Assembly (NCBI GenBank): GCA_951406725.2
Contig: OX597835.1
Coordinates: 49,724,001 to 49,788,000, forward strand
Reading direction: 5' to 3'
DNA: 64,000 bases
Source: Octopus vulgaris
Taxonomy: Eukaryota
The notes below the pieces were generated by a model. The model made no database searches and had not been told where the DNA came from. It saw only the letters and a program-made list of their open reading frames with translations. The translations under genes and the position numbers were made by a program. The stretch's first letter is position 1, and the number at the start of each line of letters is the position of its first letter. Of this stretch, positions 41,600-55,679 are shown in pieces.

Positions 41600-43422
41600 T
41601 TAAATATGTGGGAATAAAATATATCCTCACCCTCATTTCTCAGGACCCCACCCTATTCAAATACCCTATTATTATTTATTTATTCATCTTTTTCTTCATT
41701 TACCAATCTTTTAATGCAGCGCCATTTAAGTTTGTTTTTGTTTTCTTTTTTGTTTCTTCATTTCGACTTCCTTACAAGTGACTTTGGATTGGAATAAAAA
41801 GGCAACAGAAAAAGAAGGAAGAAACGTCGTTCCTTTGTTATGGTTTGAAACTATAAGATTCGGATTAGGGGTCGCGTGTTTTATAGCTTATAACTTCTCT
41901 ACTCAGATTTCTGTGGGGAGTTTAAAATCCCCTAAGAATGGCAGTGTTTGCCCTTATTTATCATTCAAATCTCCGATCACGATGTCTGGTCTCTCTTCTG
42001 GAAATAATTTAGTTCTTATCTTGCTTGTTGTTAACATCGAAACAAACTCATTTCATTCATTATTGACATGTTTTCAGACATTTAGTATTTGTGTGCATTT
42101 TGTTGATGCTATTGCTGTTGTTGTTGTCGTATAGCCGCAGGTTAACGAACCCCGAAATAAATCCTTTAATCAAAGTTATTCCAAACATGACTATCCCACT
42201 TTTTCTTCCTCCGGATGACCTCATTAGCCAATGTGTTCTTCGTTCGTTTTTAAGACATATGACTAAAAGGAGAATTAACTGTTATTTCTAGCAGGTCAAT
42301 TGTGTAGTGGCTCCCTTGATTGTTCTGTGTGTATGTATTTGCGTACCTGTATGAATTTTCTTCCCGTATGTGTATCTTTACGTGTCTGTGACTGTATCAG
42401 TATATATGTGTGTGTGTGTGCGTGTGTTTCACTTTCTCTGTACCTATCTGCTCACCTCATTTCCTCCCTTTTTTATATTCTTTTTATCTAAGTATCTCCA
42501 TACCTTTCCTTGTTCTACTCCTTTCTCTCTCCCCCTCTCTCTCCCTCGTTCCTTTTCTTTCTTTAAAATATCACTTTTAACATTTTCAACCGCCATTTTC
42601 TCTTACCGAAGTGGTTCAACAATTTAACAAAGTATCAGCGAAGACTTCGACATCAAATTATGGATGCGCTGTCAAACTAAAAAAACTAAAGAACAATTTT
42701 ATTAGAGGAGGAATCCTAAAACTCTAAAACTAATCAAATCCAATATCTATTTTGGTGTTTTGTTGGCAACATCGAATTGATTAAAGATATCTCGCTCCAG
42801 CTATATCCACTCTGACTAGGCCCTACTCCCAATAGAATTTAAGTTCTACTGAACAAGCTTAAGCAAATATCAAAAGGCTACAACAGAACATCTAAGAAAT
42901 CGCTTCACATTCAAAAATAGCAGCCAAATCTCTTTCAGATCACACTGAAGGACACAACGCGTAATGTGATCCCGGAGAAAATAAAAACGGGCATTCATGG
43001 ATGGAACACGTCTTTGGTTGACGGTCTTTTCGATGGACATATTATATAATGTAGTCACAGATATTCTATAACTGAAGCCAAAATGAATGACACTATCACG
43101 TCTGAAGCGCCTTAGGTCATAGGTCAGCTGCTTAAGAGACAACGCAACAACCGCCATTTTAAATAGAAAAAAATTTTCCATTTGCTCTTTTGGCAAAATA
43201 TTTTTGAAAGAAAAACACAATAACAACAACAACTACAACAATTATTAAGCTAGCTATCGATGCTGTAGCTGAAATAATGAAACGTGCTGACTTCCATTTC
43301 CGAACATTTATTTTCCTTATAACTCCCCACCCCCAATATTAAATATATAATAAGATCAACTGCATATGTGTGTCTTGGTTTAGAGAACTTGTTGCAGTCT
43401 CTGCCTTATATAATTGAAATTG

Positions 43423-43460
<38 letters not shown>

Positions 43461-43656
43461 ACACGAATTTATAATGCAAGTGATTTCACTTGAACTGACC
43501 CACAATATATAGCTGGTACTTGATTAAGAAGAGTAAACATAACGAATCATGGTTTTTGTATATTACTTTTACTCTCTTAACTGATCGAGTGCTAATCTTC
43601 TTGTTAAAGCCTTACTACATGACATATCTAAATCATTCTATCTATCTATCTATCTA

Positions 43657-43712
<56 letters not shown>

Positions 43713-43713
43713 T

Positions 43714-43911
43714 ATTTATTATATAGAAGGAGCTTCTACAGGACTAGTACTGTTTCATTCAAGAGAAATCTTCAGGAGCTTCCTGAAGATTTCTCTTGAA
43801 TGAAACAGTACTAGTCCTGTAGAAGCTCCTTCTATATAATAAATTAATTTTACTCTGCTATGTATTGAGTACCTTACTTACTGTGGTTAACCCCGAATCA
43901 ACCCGGGACCT

Positions 43912-43915
<4 letters not shown>
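43714..43915 (+). mobile_element. Penelope-like element terminus with an inverted partial repeat, inserted in (TA)n
   Basis: Perfect inverted repeat 43714-43777 / 43781-43844. A unique tail of about 70 nt continues only on the right. (TA)n lies on both sides, and a hammerhead motif is inside. Confidence 0.7.
43774..43830 (+). ncRNA. Predicted type I hammerhead ribozyme
   Basis: Helix I AGGAGCTTC/GAAGCTCCT (9 bp); core CTGAAGA and GAAA; helix II TTC/GAA with a U.U base; helix III ACAG/CTGT with loop TACTAGTC; predicted cleavage after GUA at 43821. Confidence 0.7.
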
Positions 43916-43949
<34 letters not shown>

Positions 43950-45751
43950 ATATATATTTATACATATGTATGTATATATATGTAAACACACAACACATCA
44001 TTGTGTGCATGTATGTAAATATATATGCATTTATGAAGTTGCATTTATTGGGTGTTTTTTTTTTCTAGAAAACTTAAAATATACCAAGAAGTATACGAGA
44101 CACTATGTGTGTAAGCATATGTGTGTGTGTGTGTGTGTGCATATAAACATATCCCTGTGTACGTACATATGTAAATGTGTATGCATGTTGTAGGTATACG
44201 CGTGTGCATGTATGTATGTACGAAGGTACATTATATAGACTTAGTGACGTATGAAACAACCCAGATACCTTGAGCGTTCTTTTAATCCATTAAGATAATA
44301 ATGATCCATTAGTATTTCGTAATTAATTTTTTGCCTTAATGAAATTTATATATTTCAAAGAATAATTTGTCAATTTATATTATTTCCTTTCATTTTGATT
44401 TGTTTCTTTTGTTGTTTTCTTTTGTTCTTGATTCTGTGCGTTTTATTATGTTTTTTCCCAATTTTTCTCTTTTATTATTATTATTTTTATTTTATTTTCG
44501 ATTCAAGCATCTCTCATCTAACATCACAAAATAGTAATGCTGTTCTTTTTTTTTATCTATCCATCCATATTTCAAAGTCATACTTAAGAACCAACAGCTC
44601 TCATTTGGATACCTTTTCTATCTACATTGAACAAAAGAATTCTATTATCATTGAATAAATTTGTCCAGCTTTAAATAGGTACCATAGCGATTTATGTTAT
44701 AGATCTATTAATCCCATGTTCTTCGTATAAGGAACAAATATTTAATTGACCCAACTCTGTGAAGCACGAATTTAACTGGTTCATCTCTGAATATGTGCTA
44801 GTGGATAGCTGTTCTGTCATTGCCGTGTTCACTTCGCCTGGCTGTAAAACATGTGACATGCAGTGGCGAGAATTTAGTATTTTAGCTATGTACATGTATG
44901 TAAACAGGTCACACTACTATAATTAGTTTATACTACTGTAGACTTTATTCTACCAATCTGTAAACAATTTACATGAATGGGTGTGAGGGTTGACGAACTA
45001 ATAGTGTTATTCGCAGTCCACCTAACCGTAAACAAGCTACGTAACTTGAAGGACCTAACCGTAAATAGGTTACGTAAATGAAAGAATCTAAACGTGTTAC
45101 CCAATCGTAAATAAGTTGCGTAAATAGAGGGGTCTAAAGGTGTTTGATACCATTCACAGTCCACGTAGCTGCAAATAGATGCCACTTAAAAGGAACCTGA
45201 CTACATCTATAAACAGAGTTTATGATCGAGAGCCCTATTGCTTAACTTCAGGATCATGTGCTTTCTCACGAAATTCTATCACTCGGGTTCAAATTAAGCC
45301 ATGCTTCTTGCAACAAACAGGAAATTCCTGTGATGTATATACACTTTGTAAGACTATATATACTAAGGGTACAGTTTGTGAGGTACCATACGATGGATGC
45401 TCTTTGTAGGATACCATACTTTTACATTTTGTTAAATGTTAAGTATACAAGCGCCTAGTCACTACTAAGAGCTTTAGAGTAGTGTGTGTACTTGATGCGG
45501 TTGTTGTAGGGAAAGTGGGAAAACCGAGTGGGATAGGGTAATGGATGAGCGACAGAAAAACGTTGGTTCGTTTTCTCTTAATATGGCAGTAGATGTAGTA
45601 GCAGCAGCAGCTGGTCTCAACAACAGCATTAGTTGATAGCACTCAACTACAACAGTAACGAGTGGGATCATATAGGCCGTTCATAGCTCCTCCTGGAGTT
45701 ATATAAATCAGGAATGGACAGGGGCTGCACCAGATTCATCTTCGCCTAAAA

Positions 45752-46026
45752 CAGTGGTTCTCAACCGGGGTCCATATGGCTCTTAAGGCTTCATGTGGCC
45801 CTTCGGTGCCCAGATTGCATTCTGTTGTTAAAACTGATGCAATAAATCAATTATATTTCTACATTACCCAAAATGTTTTAATAATTTTTTCTACACATTT
45901 CCTAATATTTAATTTTAAAAATATAATTGGATTTTGTAAACATCGAATAGCGATGAGGGTTCACCCGACTTAAATGGGTTTCAAAACGGTCCATGGATAT
46001 TTTTAAAAAATGGCTGCGAACCACTG
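45752..46026. mobile_element. hAT-superfamily MITE (275 bp)
   Basis: Terminal inverted repeats CAGTGGTTCTCAACC ... GGCTGCGAACCACTG; 8-bp TSD GCCTAAAA (45744-45751) / ACCTAAAA (46027-46034). Confidence 0.88.
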
Positions 46027-46693
46027 ACCTAAAAATAAACTACAAGATAACAAAGTTTTTAACGGTGTCATTCCGTCCCTACCCCAACCTGCTGCGGTCC
46101 AGTAGGATACGGGGGTCACAGTGGCCATGTATTTAACATCTCAGAGATAGTATTTTTACAGCAGTCTTGAGTTTAAGAATAAATCGAAAATTAACAACTG
46201 AAGCTTCAAAATAAAAATTCAAATTATAAAGAGTAATTTCAGACAGAAATGAGCAACGGGCCCAGTGACGAAATGTTTGAGGCTCAGCATTTAAATCTCT
46301 CGGTGTTCCGAATTCGGTTCCTGCTTGGATCGAATTCAAACAATGTTCGAATACTGTTGAGTGTTTTCATGACGAATATACCATTAAGAAATTGGTGTTG
46401 GAGTAAATGTGAAGACCCTTGTAACTTGATTAAGAAATAAATAACAATTTAGTGGTGGCGGGGGGGATAAGGTTATTCCATTCATATAAGGTTCCCAAGA
46501 GCCGTAGAAAATAAAAGAGGAACACTCAGGGGAGGTATGTATAACTTAAAGACCACTGAAAGGGGCGAAAGACGTTTTCATGTATATATATATATATATA
46601 TATACACATACATACATACATACATACATACATACATACATACATACATACATACATACATACAAACATACAAGGATTAAAACAATAATAATA

Positions 46694-46770
<77 letters not shown>

Positions 46771-47024
46771 TAATACAACCAGTAATCGATATTGGTCACG
46801 TCTGTCCTAATTGACTTAATTTCTGATACCTTCTTTTCAGGAACTTGGCCAATGTATGGATTTTAAACCTCCTCCCCGGAACAAGCCTCTTTCTTACGAA
46901 GACCAAATTCTTCTCCTTCTTAAGAGAGCTCTTCAGATATTGAACTCTCAGTAAAATACCAATTATTTAAAGAAACACACACAAAAGCATCATTTTACCG
47001 ACAAAATCATACAGAAAATGAAAC

Positions 47025-47053
47025 ACATATATACATACATATATATATATACA

Positions 47054-47132
<79 letters not shown>

Positions 47133-47207
47133 TATATAATACATACATATACAATAATATATATATGTGTGTTTGTGTGTATGTATGTATGTGTGTATGT
47201 ATGTATG

Positions 47208-47238
<31 letters not shown>

Positions 47239-47352
47239 TACGCTATGTGTACACATATCTATAAATGTATAAATATATGTGCGCACATAAATTGATAAAT
47301 AGATACATATATATATATACACATACATACATACACACACACACACATACAT

Positions 47353-47383
<31 letters not shown>

Positions 47384-47628
47384 TTGGAGCGTTAACGATT
47401 TTCACTACAGCAGAAAAAAAAACCAAAACAGGAACAATAAAACAACATAAAAATTGAAAAGAAAATTTTCTGAAACAACAACATCAATAATAAAACAAAT
47501 TAAAATTTTGAAGGCATTAAAGAATAAATTAATAAGAAAGACAGAACGAAATAAATGGAAAAAAAGGGAAGGAAAAAATCCTTGAAAGAAAGAGATTGAA
47601 AGTGGAAGAAATAATATATTTATATATT

Positions 47629-47679
<51 letters not shown>

Positions 47680-47782
47680 GTATGTATATATATATATATA
47701 TATCGTATATATATATCTGTATATGTATATATGTGTGTATATATATATGTGTGTACATATATGTATGTATATATATAGATAT

Positions 47783-47864
<82 letters not shown>

Positions 47865-47926
47865 GTACAAAGATAAACACGTTGAAAATTGTTCAATTTT
47901 TCCAAGAGAAAAAACATAATGAGAGT

Positions 47927-47976
<50 letters not shown>

Positions 47977-48101
47977 GTATATATGTATATATACATGCAT
48001 ATATATATATATGTATATATGTATATATATATGTATATATATATATGTATATATATATGTATATATATATGTGTATATATATGTATATATATATATGTAT
48101 A

Positions 48102-48157
<56 letters not shown>

Positions 48158-48185
48158 CATACATATATGTGTTTGTATGTATGAA
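47025..48185. repeat. Two long (TA)n-rich tracts around an A-rich spacer
   Basis: Direct inspection. Confidence 0.9.
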
Positions 48186-49204
48186 TGTACATATATTTAA
48201 AGAAAGGAATGGTAAATATGCTGTAAAGATTACGGCTGAAAAAGAGAAAGCAAGAAAAAGACAATGGCGATCATTGTATGGTTTTCTTTCTTACCAACCA
48301 TCATACCAGCAATTATGATATTGTTGGTAATGATATTGATGACATTAATAATGACAATAATAATGATAATAATATTAATAATAAAGTTGATTGTTAATGA
48401 TAAATAACAACGTCGATAATGAAAATTATTGAACGTAACAGCCAAAACTGTCTAAAGGAAGAAAGTAAAGAACGAAAAATTTAAATAAAACAGAAATTTT
48501 TTTAAATGAATAACAACATAAAACAACAGCATGGGTTTCTTCAAGAAATTTGGAATGAAATAAAATGGAAGAAGGAAATATAACAAATATGAACAGAAAA
48601 TGAATTTAAAGGAAAAAACTGAAAGAGAGAAAGGGAGAATGATAAAAATAAAGACGAGAAGAAATTGAAAAAAAAATAGATGAAATCACGTGAAGAAAAT
48701 GGTGGACAATCATTTGGTTTTTTTCTTGTTTTTTTTTTAACTAAAACATTGTCATGTAGCCACATGTTTCCTTCTCCCACCCTTCCACTGTCCTTCCTCA
48801 ACTTTCCCTTTTTTTTTTTGGACCCACCCAAAGCATTGTCATATAACTACATGTTCCCTCAAAATCTTTCAAAAAAAAAAGATAATAATAATAATAATAT
48901 TAATAAATGATAAATTAACTCTTCTGTTCTATTTTGCATGTTACTATTTATAGTTTTCAACTTAATTGTCACAAAATTAAATAAATAAATAATTAAAAAA
49001 AAAGAGAGAGAATGGAAAAGAGAAAAAGAGAGAAAAGAAGAGAAAATGAATGGGAAAAAAGGAACAACAAATAAATAAAAATATTAATAATAATAATATT
49101 ACTATTATTATTATTATTATTAAATAATATAAAGGCGTTCGATCGGGGTTGGTTGCGGTGAAAACAAAGAGGGTTATGGTAAACTCCACTTTTACCTCCA
49201 TCGC

Positions 49205-49253
<49 letters not shown>

Positions 49254-49387
49254 TATTACCTCTCACTCTACAATTTCCCAATTCCTTCCCAACCCACTCG
49301 CCACCTCCTCACTCTCAAAGAAGGGAATGCATGGAAGAAGATGTAAAAGTAGACGACAACAGTATGGAAATATACACAATACATACA

Positions 49388-49451
<64 letters not shown>

Positions 49452-49646
49452 TTAGATATATACATGAAACATATATGTATGTGTGTGTATGGCAAAAGTG
49501 GGCACCGAAGATGTAGAAATCAAAGTGTAAATATACGAGGGCAAAGAGATTTAATGAACTGCATCCACAGCTGCACGAATAACGACAACAACACATTCAG
49601 CATCAATCACCAACAAATTTTCTACTTCTGTGTAAACATACAAGCA

Positions 49647-49647
<1 letters not shown>

Positions 49648-49716
<69 letters not shown>

Positions 49717-49929
49717 TACATATATATATATATATACATATATACATATATATACATATATGCATTCTATATATTTACATGTATATATATATGCATGTAT
49801 ATGTATGTATATATATACATTTATATATGTACATATGTATGTATATATACATATATGTATATATATACATGTATATATACATATGTATGTATATATATAT
49901 ATATGCATGTATATATATATATGTATATG

Positions 49930-49967
<38 letters not shown>

Positions 49968-50109
49968 TATATGTATGTGTATATGTATATATATGTATGT
50001 ATATATATATATATATATGTATGTGTATATATATATATATATGTATGTGTATATATATATGTGTGAGTATATATATATGTATATAAATATATGTATGTAT
50101 ACATATATT

Positions 50110-50163
<54 letters not shown>

Positions 50164-50190
50164 ATATATATAATATATATGTATGTATAG
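49648..50190. repeat. (TA)n/(TATG)n compound microsatellite
   Basis: Direct inspection. Confidence 0.95.
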
Positions 50191-50579
50191 GGCACTAAGC
50201 AATTGTTTTGTCTTAGCTTAATATGAAACACTTTTTTAAACCGTACCATTCTGAAATATTAGTAAACCCAATATAGCGTTGCTATGCATTGACAGGAAGC
50301 AAAATTATAAACGGCAGCCGTATTGTAAGTAGCAATTGTTACAAAAGTAATATTGACGACAACAACAGTAATTTATAAAGACTGATATATATATGTATAT
50401 ATTAATGTTACCAGCAGCCTGAGTCAGCAGAGCGAGTGGATCTGATACTGAAAGGCCTGAAACTGTCTAAGACCCCAGAAGCATTGCTGATGCTGTATCC
50501 CCAAGTTTTGGTAAGGTGTATCTCGGAATAAGTATTAGGACCAGTACCAACTGTAAAATAACAACAATAACTACAGCTG

Positions 50580-50612
<33 letters not shown>

Positions 50613-50937
50613 AGACGATGACGATGAAGCTTCTATGTTGTCTCTCTTTTTGCTAGAAGTAGCAGCCAAGTCTCCCTCTCGCCATATATCCTAGCCATGT
50701 TTATATCACAACAGAAATTGTTCCATAATGTCGTCATACATATCCTTCAGAAGACGGGATGTTCACGGTTGGAACGACTTTGACCATGGAACTTTCGTCT
50801 GATCAGAGTTGACCAGGGCCTAAACCATAACAAAATGTAAAAAGAAAAGCAGTAAAATTACAAAAACCCTAACTCCAAAATCATCATCATCATCATCAAC
50901 ATTATCATTATCAACGCCATTCTCATTATCATCTTCG

Positions 50938-50968
<31 letters not shown>

Positions 50969-52001
50969 CATCGCCATCATCATCATCATTATCTTCATGG
51001 TTATTATCATAATCACTATTTTCTGGAACAAACAGATTTCAAACAGCAGCAATAAGAAAACAAAAAACAACTTTAAAAAACACACACACAAACGCATAAA
51101 AACAAAAGCAAAAACATTAGAATAAATGACAGAAAATGTGACAATTTCGTGGGTTTTATTGTTTTTGTTTTTGAAAACAATAAGGAAAACAATTTTTTTT
51201 TAATCAATTATAAAATGTGGACATTTCAGGGGGTTTTCCCTCACCCCCGTATACGTTTTCTTCACCGATGCCAACCCCAAACGCCACCTCACTCTCAACT
51301 CGAACTGACTCAAAGGAAAAAAAGAATCGTCGAATAAAAAAAATAAACAGAAAACATCTTTGATCTGAATAAATGAACTTTGACCTTTAATAACATTTAA
51401 CCCCCACAAACCATCAAGACCAATACCAAACGGACATTTGAAAGAAACATAAACTTCAAAACCACCACTGCCCTAAACCCTAACCCCTGTTCCCTTCAAA
51501 ATTCCCTATATATCAAATATATATATAAAAAGAGAAAAAAACCTATTCAGGACCTTTGTTGTTGTTGTTATTATTATTATTATTATTCTTTCTTTTTTTT
51601 TGGCAAATTGACTTTTATTTATTTTACAAAAAGATCTTTCAAAAAAATATTTCCCCTTTAGAAAGTAAAACAACAACTTCATCACAACAACAAAATGAAA
51701 TTAAAAGAAAGATTAAAGAATATTTTTTTCTTTTTCATTTATCCATTTAAACTTTTTTTGTTTTGTTCTTTAAGTTAAACTTTATTCACATACGATTTTT
51801 TGTTGTTGTTTTTTATTGTCGTTTTCGCTTATTTCCGTTTATGTTTCCATATTTTTTGGCACGTCTTCATGCTTCTGTCGCATCTTTATCGCTTTCTTTA
51901 TCACGTCACCTCTCTTTTTTGGTGTATTTTCATGTTTCTGTTATAACCTGTCTGTCAACTTTTCCCTGCTTCCTTTTGCTCCTATAACTTTTCATTTTGT
52001 C

Positions 52002-52047
<46 letters not shown>

Positions 52048-52125
52048 CTACTACAAGTATTATTATTACCGTTTTTATTATTGTTAATATTACCTCTACT
52101 ATATTATTATTATTATTATTATTAC

Positions 52126-52164
<39 letters not shown>

Positions 52165-52497
52165 ACGGGTAGTGGAGTGATAGGCACAAAATAATCCTAG
52201 ATTAGAAATGCTTGACAACATTTAGTTATGTTCTCTTTATCTGGAAATTAAGATTGGGATAGAGAGAATTAATAAGGTTTGAAGAAAATAGGTTTTGATA
52301 TATCTAATTACGTCCCTTTATATTCTGAGTTCAAACCACGCCGAAGTTATCTTTGCTCTTAATTTTGCTGGGGGTCAATTATGTGCAGCAATACTCTACT
52401 GAATCGATTACATCGGAACACCCTTCCCTAACTATGACGCCTTGGGCCCATGTTAGAAATTATTATTATAATTATTATAATTATTATTATTATTATT

Positions 52498-52533
<36 letters not shown>

Positions 52534-52541
52534 GTTATTAA

Positions 52542-52732
52542 GGCGGCGAGCCAGGCAAAATACATAACGGTATTTCGTCCGTGTTTACGTTCTGAGTTCA
52601 AATTCCGGCGAGGTCAAATTTACCTTTCATCCTTTCGAGGTCGATAAAATAAATACCAGTGGAATACTGGGGTCGATGTAATCAACTAACACCCTCCTCC
52701 TAATTTGCTGGTCACGTGCCAAAACTTGAAGC
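52542..52732 (+). mobile_element. MetaSINE-like SINE
   Basis: ggcggcgagccaggca...gttctgagttcaaattcc...cctttcatcctttcgaggtcgataaa. Confidence 0.8.
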
Positions 52733-52929
52733 CATTATTATTATCATCAGCGTCGTAATCATCATCATCATCATTATTATTATTATTATTATTATTGTTG
52801 TTATCGTTGTTGTCATCGTTGTTGTAGCTATTGTTGCTGTTTCCTTTTCCACTTCTTGTTTTATATCCTACAGAGCCGGGTCCGAACTATGGACCTGGGG
52901 CTCTACGGGGAAGATATTATTTCATTGAC

Positions 52930-53207
52930 AGCACTCTCTGTACCATAAATATTAATGCTACCCGGATATGGTTGGTGAACTTTTCCATTCTTTTCTCCGT
53001 GACTCCACCTGCTCCAATGACCACAGGTATTATTTTGGCCTATCCATATATTCTACATTCCGTTGGTTTCGATCCCGAGATCTTTTTCTTGGTCAATGTC
53101 ACTGCTTTTATTTTCTGCGATGGAGATGTTTTTTCGTAATGCATTGTAACGTCGATAAGTATACATCTCCTGTCCTTCATGTCCCTCATTACGATGTCAA
53201 GCTTGTT

Positions 53208-53272
<65 letters not shown>

Positions 53273-53360
53273 ATGGATGGGTTTATTCCAACAGAGGATG
53301 ATGTCTTTATTGCTGTCAGTCACAATGTCTGGCTAATGTACATGCCACACCTCAGCTGTT
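52930..53360 (-). mobile_element. R4/Dong-type LINE fragment (restriction-like endonuclease region)
   Basis: The - strand reads WHVH*PDIV...ILCWNKPIHI-(GA)n-PNKLDIVMRDMKDRRCILIDVT...AKIIPVVIGAGGV; interrupted by an expanded (CT)n. Confidence 0.7.
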
Positions 53361-53415
<55 letters not shown>

Positions 53416-53417
<2 letters not shown>

Positions 53418-53680
53418 TCGAGTCTAGAGAACTGTAAAGGTGGTGCCTATAATAATTAGTGCATTGAGAACAGTAAGCAAAGGTACAGACAAATGGCTGG
53501 AGGAGATTGAAATAGAATGTCCTACAGAAAGTTTCTCATTGGGACAGCAAAGATTATCAGAAGGGTTCTAAGCACTTGTAAGACTACTGAAAACTTATGG
53601 ATACCTAAGCTTACAGGTTATGTACCCGCTACCTACATAAATCCTACTAGGAATAAGACCGAACCTGAGTCAAGATCAAC
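53416..53680 (+). mobile_element. R4/Dong-type LINE 3' end
   Basis: VKVVPIIISALRTVSKGTDKWLEEIEIECP...GTAKIIRRVLST directly after (TAA)n; 3' UTR shared with the copies at 61345 and 61880. Confidence 0.8.
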
Positions 53681-54320
53681 ATTTGGAGATGGCTAAGAAA
53701 AAGTGATCTGAAAGGATGCAGTGAGGCATCGATAAGCAGCGCCCAGGAACAAGGTCTGAGAACGAATTACACCAAGTTCCAAATAGATAAGAGCAGCGAA
53801 TGGCCCCTTTGTAAGATGTGTGGCAGCAGAAATGAAACAATCTCACATACTGTGAGTGAGTGTAGCAAGCTGGCCCAAAAGCACTACAAAAGGAGGCACG
53901 ATAGTGTAGCTACGTTCGTCCACCGGAGGCCATGCGGGAAAGTACGGCCTTAACAGAGCACGGAAATGGTACAATCCAATGTAACTCTCTAATCGAGGCT
54001 CAGAGACCAAATATTGTTGTGGTAGATAAAGGAGGGGAAAAAAGGAAATAAAGATTATAGATAATGCAATACCAGGGGATACACACATAAATGACAAAGA
54101 ACTAGAAAAGATTGAAAAGTACAGACTACTAAAAGAGGAAATTGCAAGAATGTGGACTATGTGAAGAGTGTCTGTCATTCCATTAGTTGTAGGGGGCGCT
54201 CGGAGTACTAAGAACTAAGTTCGAGAAAAATGTCAAAGAAATCGAGATGAGAGCAAAGCAAATCCCAAAAACTTCTCTGCAATAAAAAGGGTTTTGAGGT
54301 TGGTACTTGGATGTTGAATG
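53681..54320 (+). mobile_element. R4/Dong-type LINE, CCHC and endonuclease region (decayed)
   Basis: AQEQGLRTNY...PLCKMCGSRNETISHI..SECSKLAQKHYKRRHDSVA...RPNIVVVDK...IIDNAIPGDTHINDKELEKIEKYRLLKEEIARMW...VIPLVVGALG. Confidence 0.85.
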
Positions 54321-54469
54321 TCTCCCACGATAATTAACCACCAAGAATCAAAGCTCATAATCTGCAGAAAGAGATCATGTGAGACATCCGACAGCAGGCT
54401 GCTGCCCGCCATCACAGAATCTACCAGAGCAAACAAGACCGAATGTTCTGAGAAGTAAAACAACAACAA

Positions 54470-54605
54470 TAATGATAATAATAATAATAATGATAATAAT
54501 AATTATAATGATAATGATAATAATAATGATAATGATGATAATAATAATAATAATAATAATATTAATAAGAATAATAATAATAATAATAAATAATAAATGA
54601 TAATG

Positions 54606-54646
<41 letters not shown>

Positions 54647-54854
54647 AATAATGATAATAATAATAAATAATAATAATAATAATAATAAATAATAATGATA
54701 ATGATAATAATAATTATAATGATAATAATAATGATAATGATAATGATAATAATATAATAAATAATAAGTAATAATAATAATGATAATGATAATAATAATA
54801 ATTATTATTATTATAATGATTATGATAATAATAATAATAATTATAATTATAATT

Positions 54855-54885
<31 letters not shown>

Positions 54886-54975
54886 TAATTATAATGATAA
54901 TGATAATAATAATGATGATAATGATAATAATAATAATGATAATGATAATAATGATAATAATAATAATAATAATGA
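54470..54975. repeat. (TAA)n/(TGA)n microsatellite
   Basis: Direct inspection. Confidence 0.95.
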
Positions 54976-55250
54976 ATGTTGTGAGTAGAGAGGTTGAAAG
55001 AATTACCTAGTACTCCAAATTGAAAGTGGAAAATAGCAAGACTGTGTGGAATGCGAGAGTGATACCAGTGATACCAGTGGTGATCCCATTGAAACTTCAA
55101 AACTTTTTAAGGATGTCTTGCAAAAAGCAGCCTTATTGGGCACAGCGCACATCTTAAGGTAGGTATTGTCTGTCTGAGGTCCTTGTTGTGACTTGACAGA
55201 TGACTAAAGACTCCGGTGCATTTTTACCTATACTGTGTTACGAAGGAATA
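54975..55250 (+). mobile_element. R4/Dong-type LINE 3' end
   Basis: LKVEIARL...LQKAALLGTAHILR; (TAA)n on both sides. Confidence 0.8.
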
Positions 55251-55679
55251 CTAATAATAACAATAACAATAATAATAATTATAATATAATTTATGAATTT
55301 GTGTTGCAAGATTCCTGATGTGAATGCGTGTGTTGAAACAGATATTGTTATTATTTCGGGATGGTTATTTTGAGTGTGTGTGTGTTTGTGTTTGTTTCTT
55401 TGCCAAATAAACACACGCTCTGTATATTCGTACTTCACTCGTTTATTACTGTTCTTATTTTATTTTATCTCCATTGTCTGGAAATCTTTCGTCACACATA
55501 AGAACAGAAATAAACGAGTGAAGAACGAATATAAAGTGTTTGTGCTTATTTGGCAAAAAAAATAATAAATGACCGTTTTGAAATATAACAATATTAATAT
55601 ATTATTATAGTATTAATATATTACAATATTTACATTATTATTATTATTATATTATTATCATTATTATTATTATTATTCA

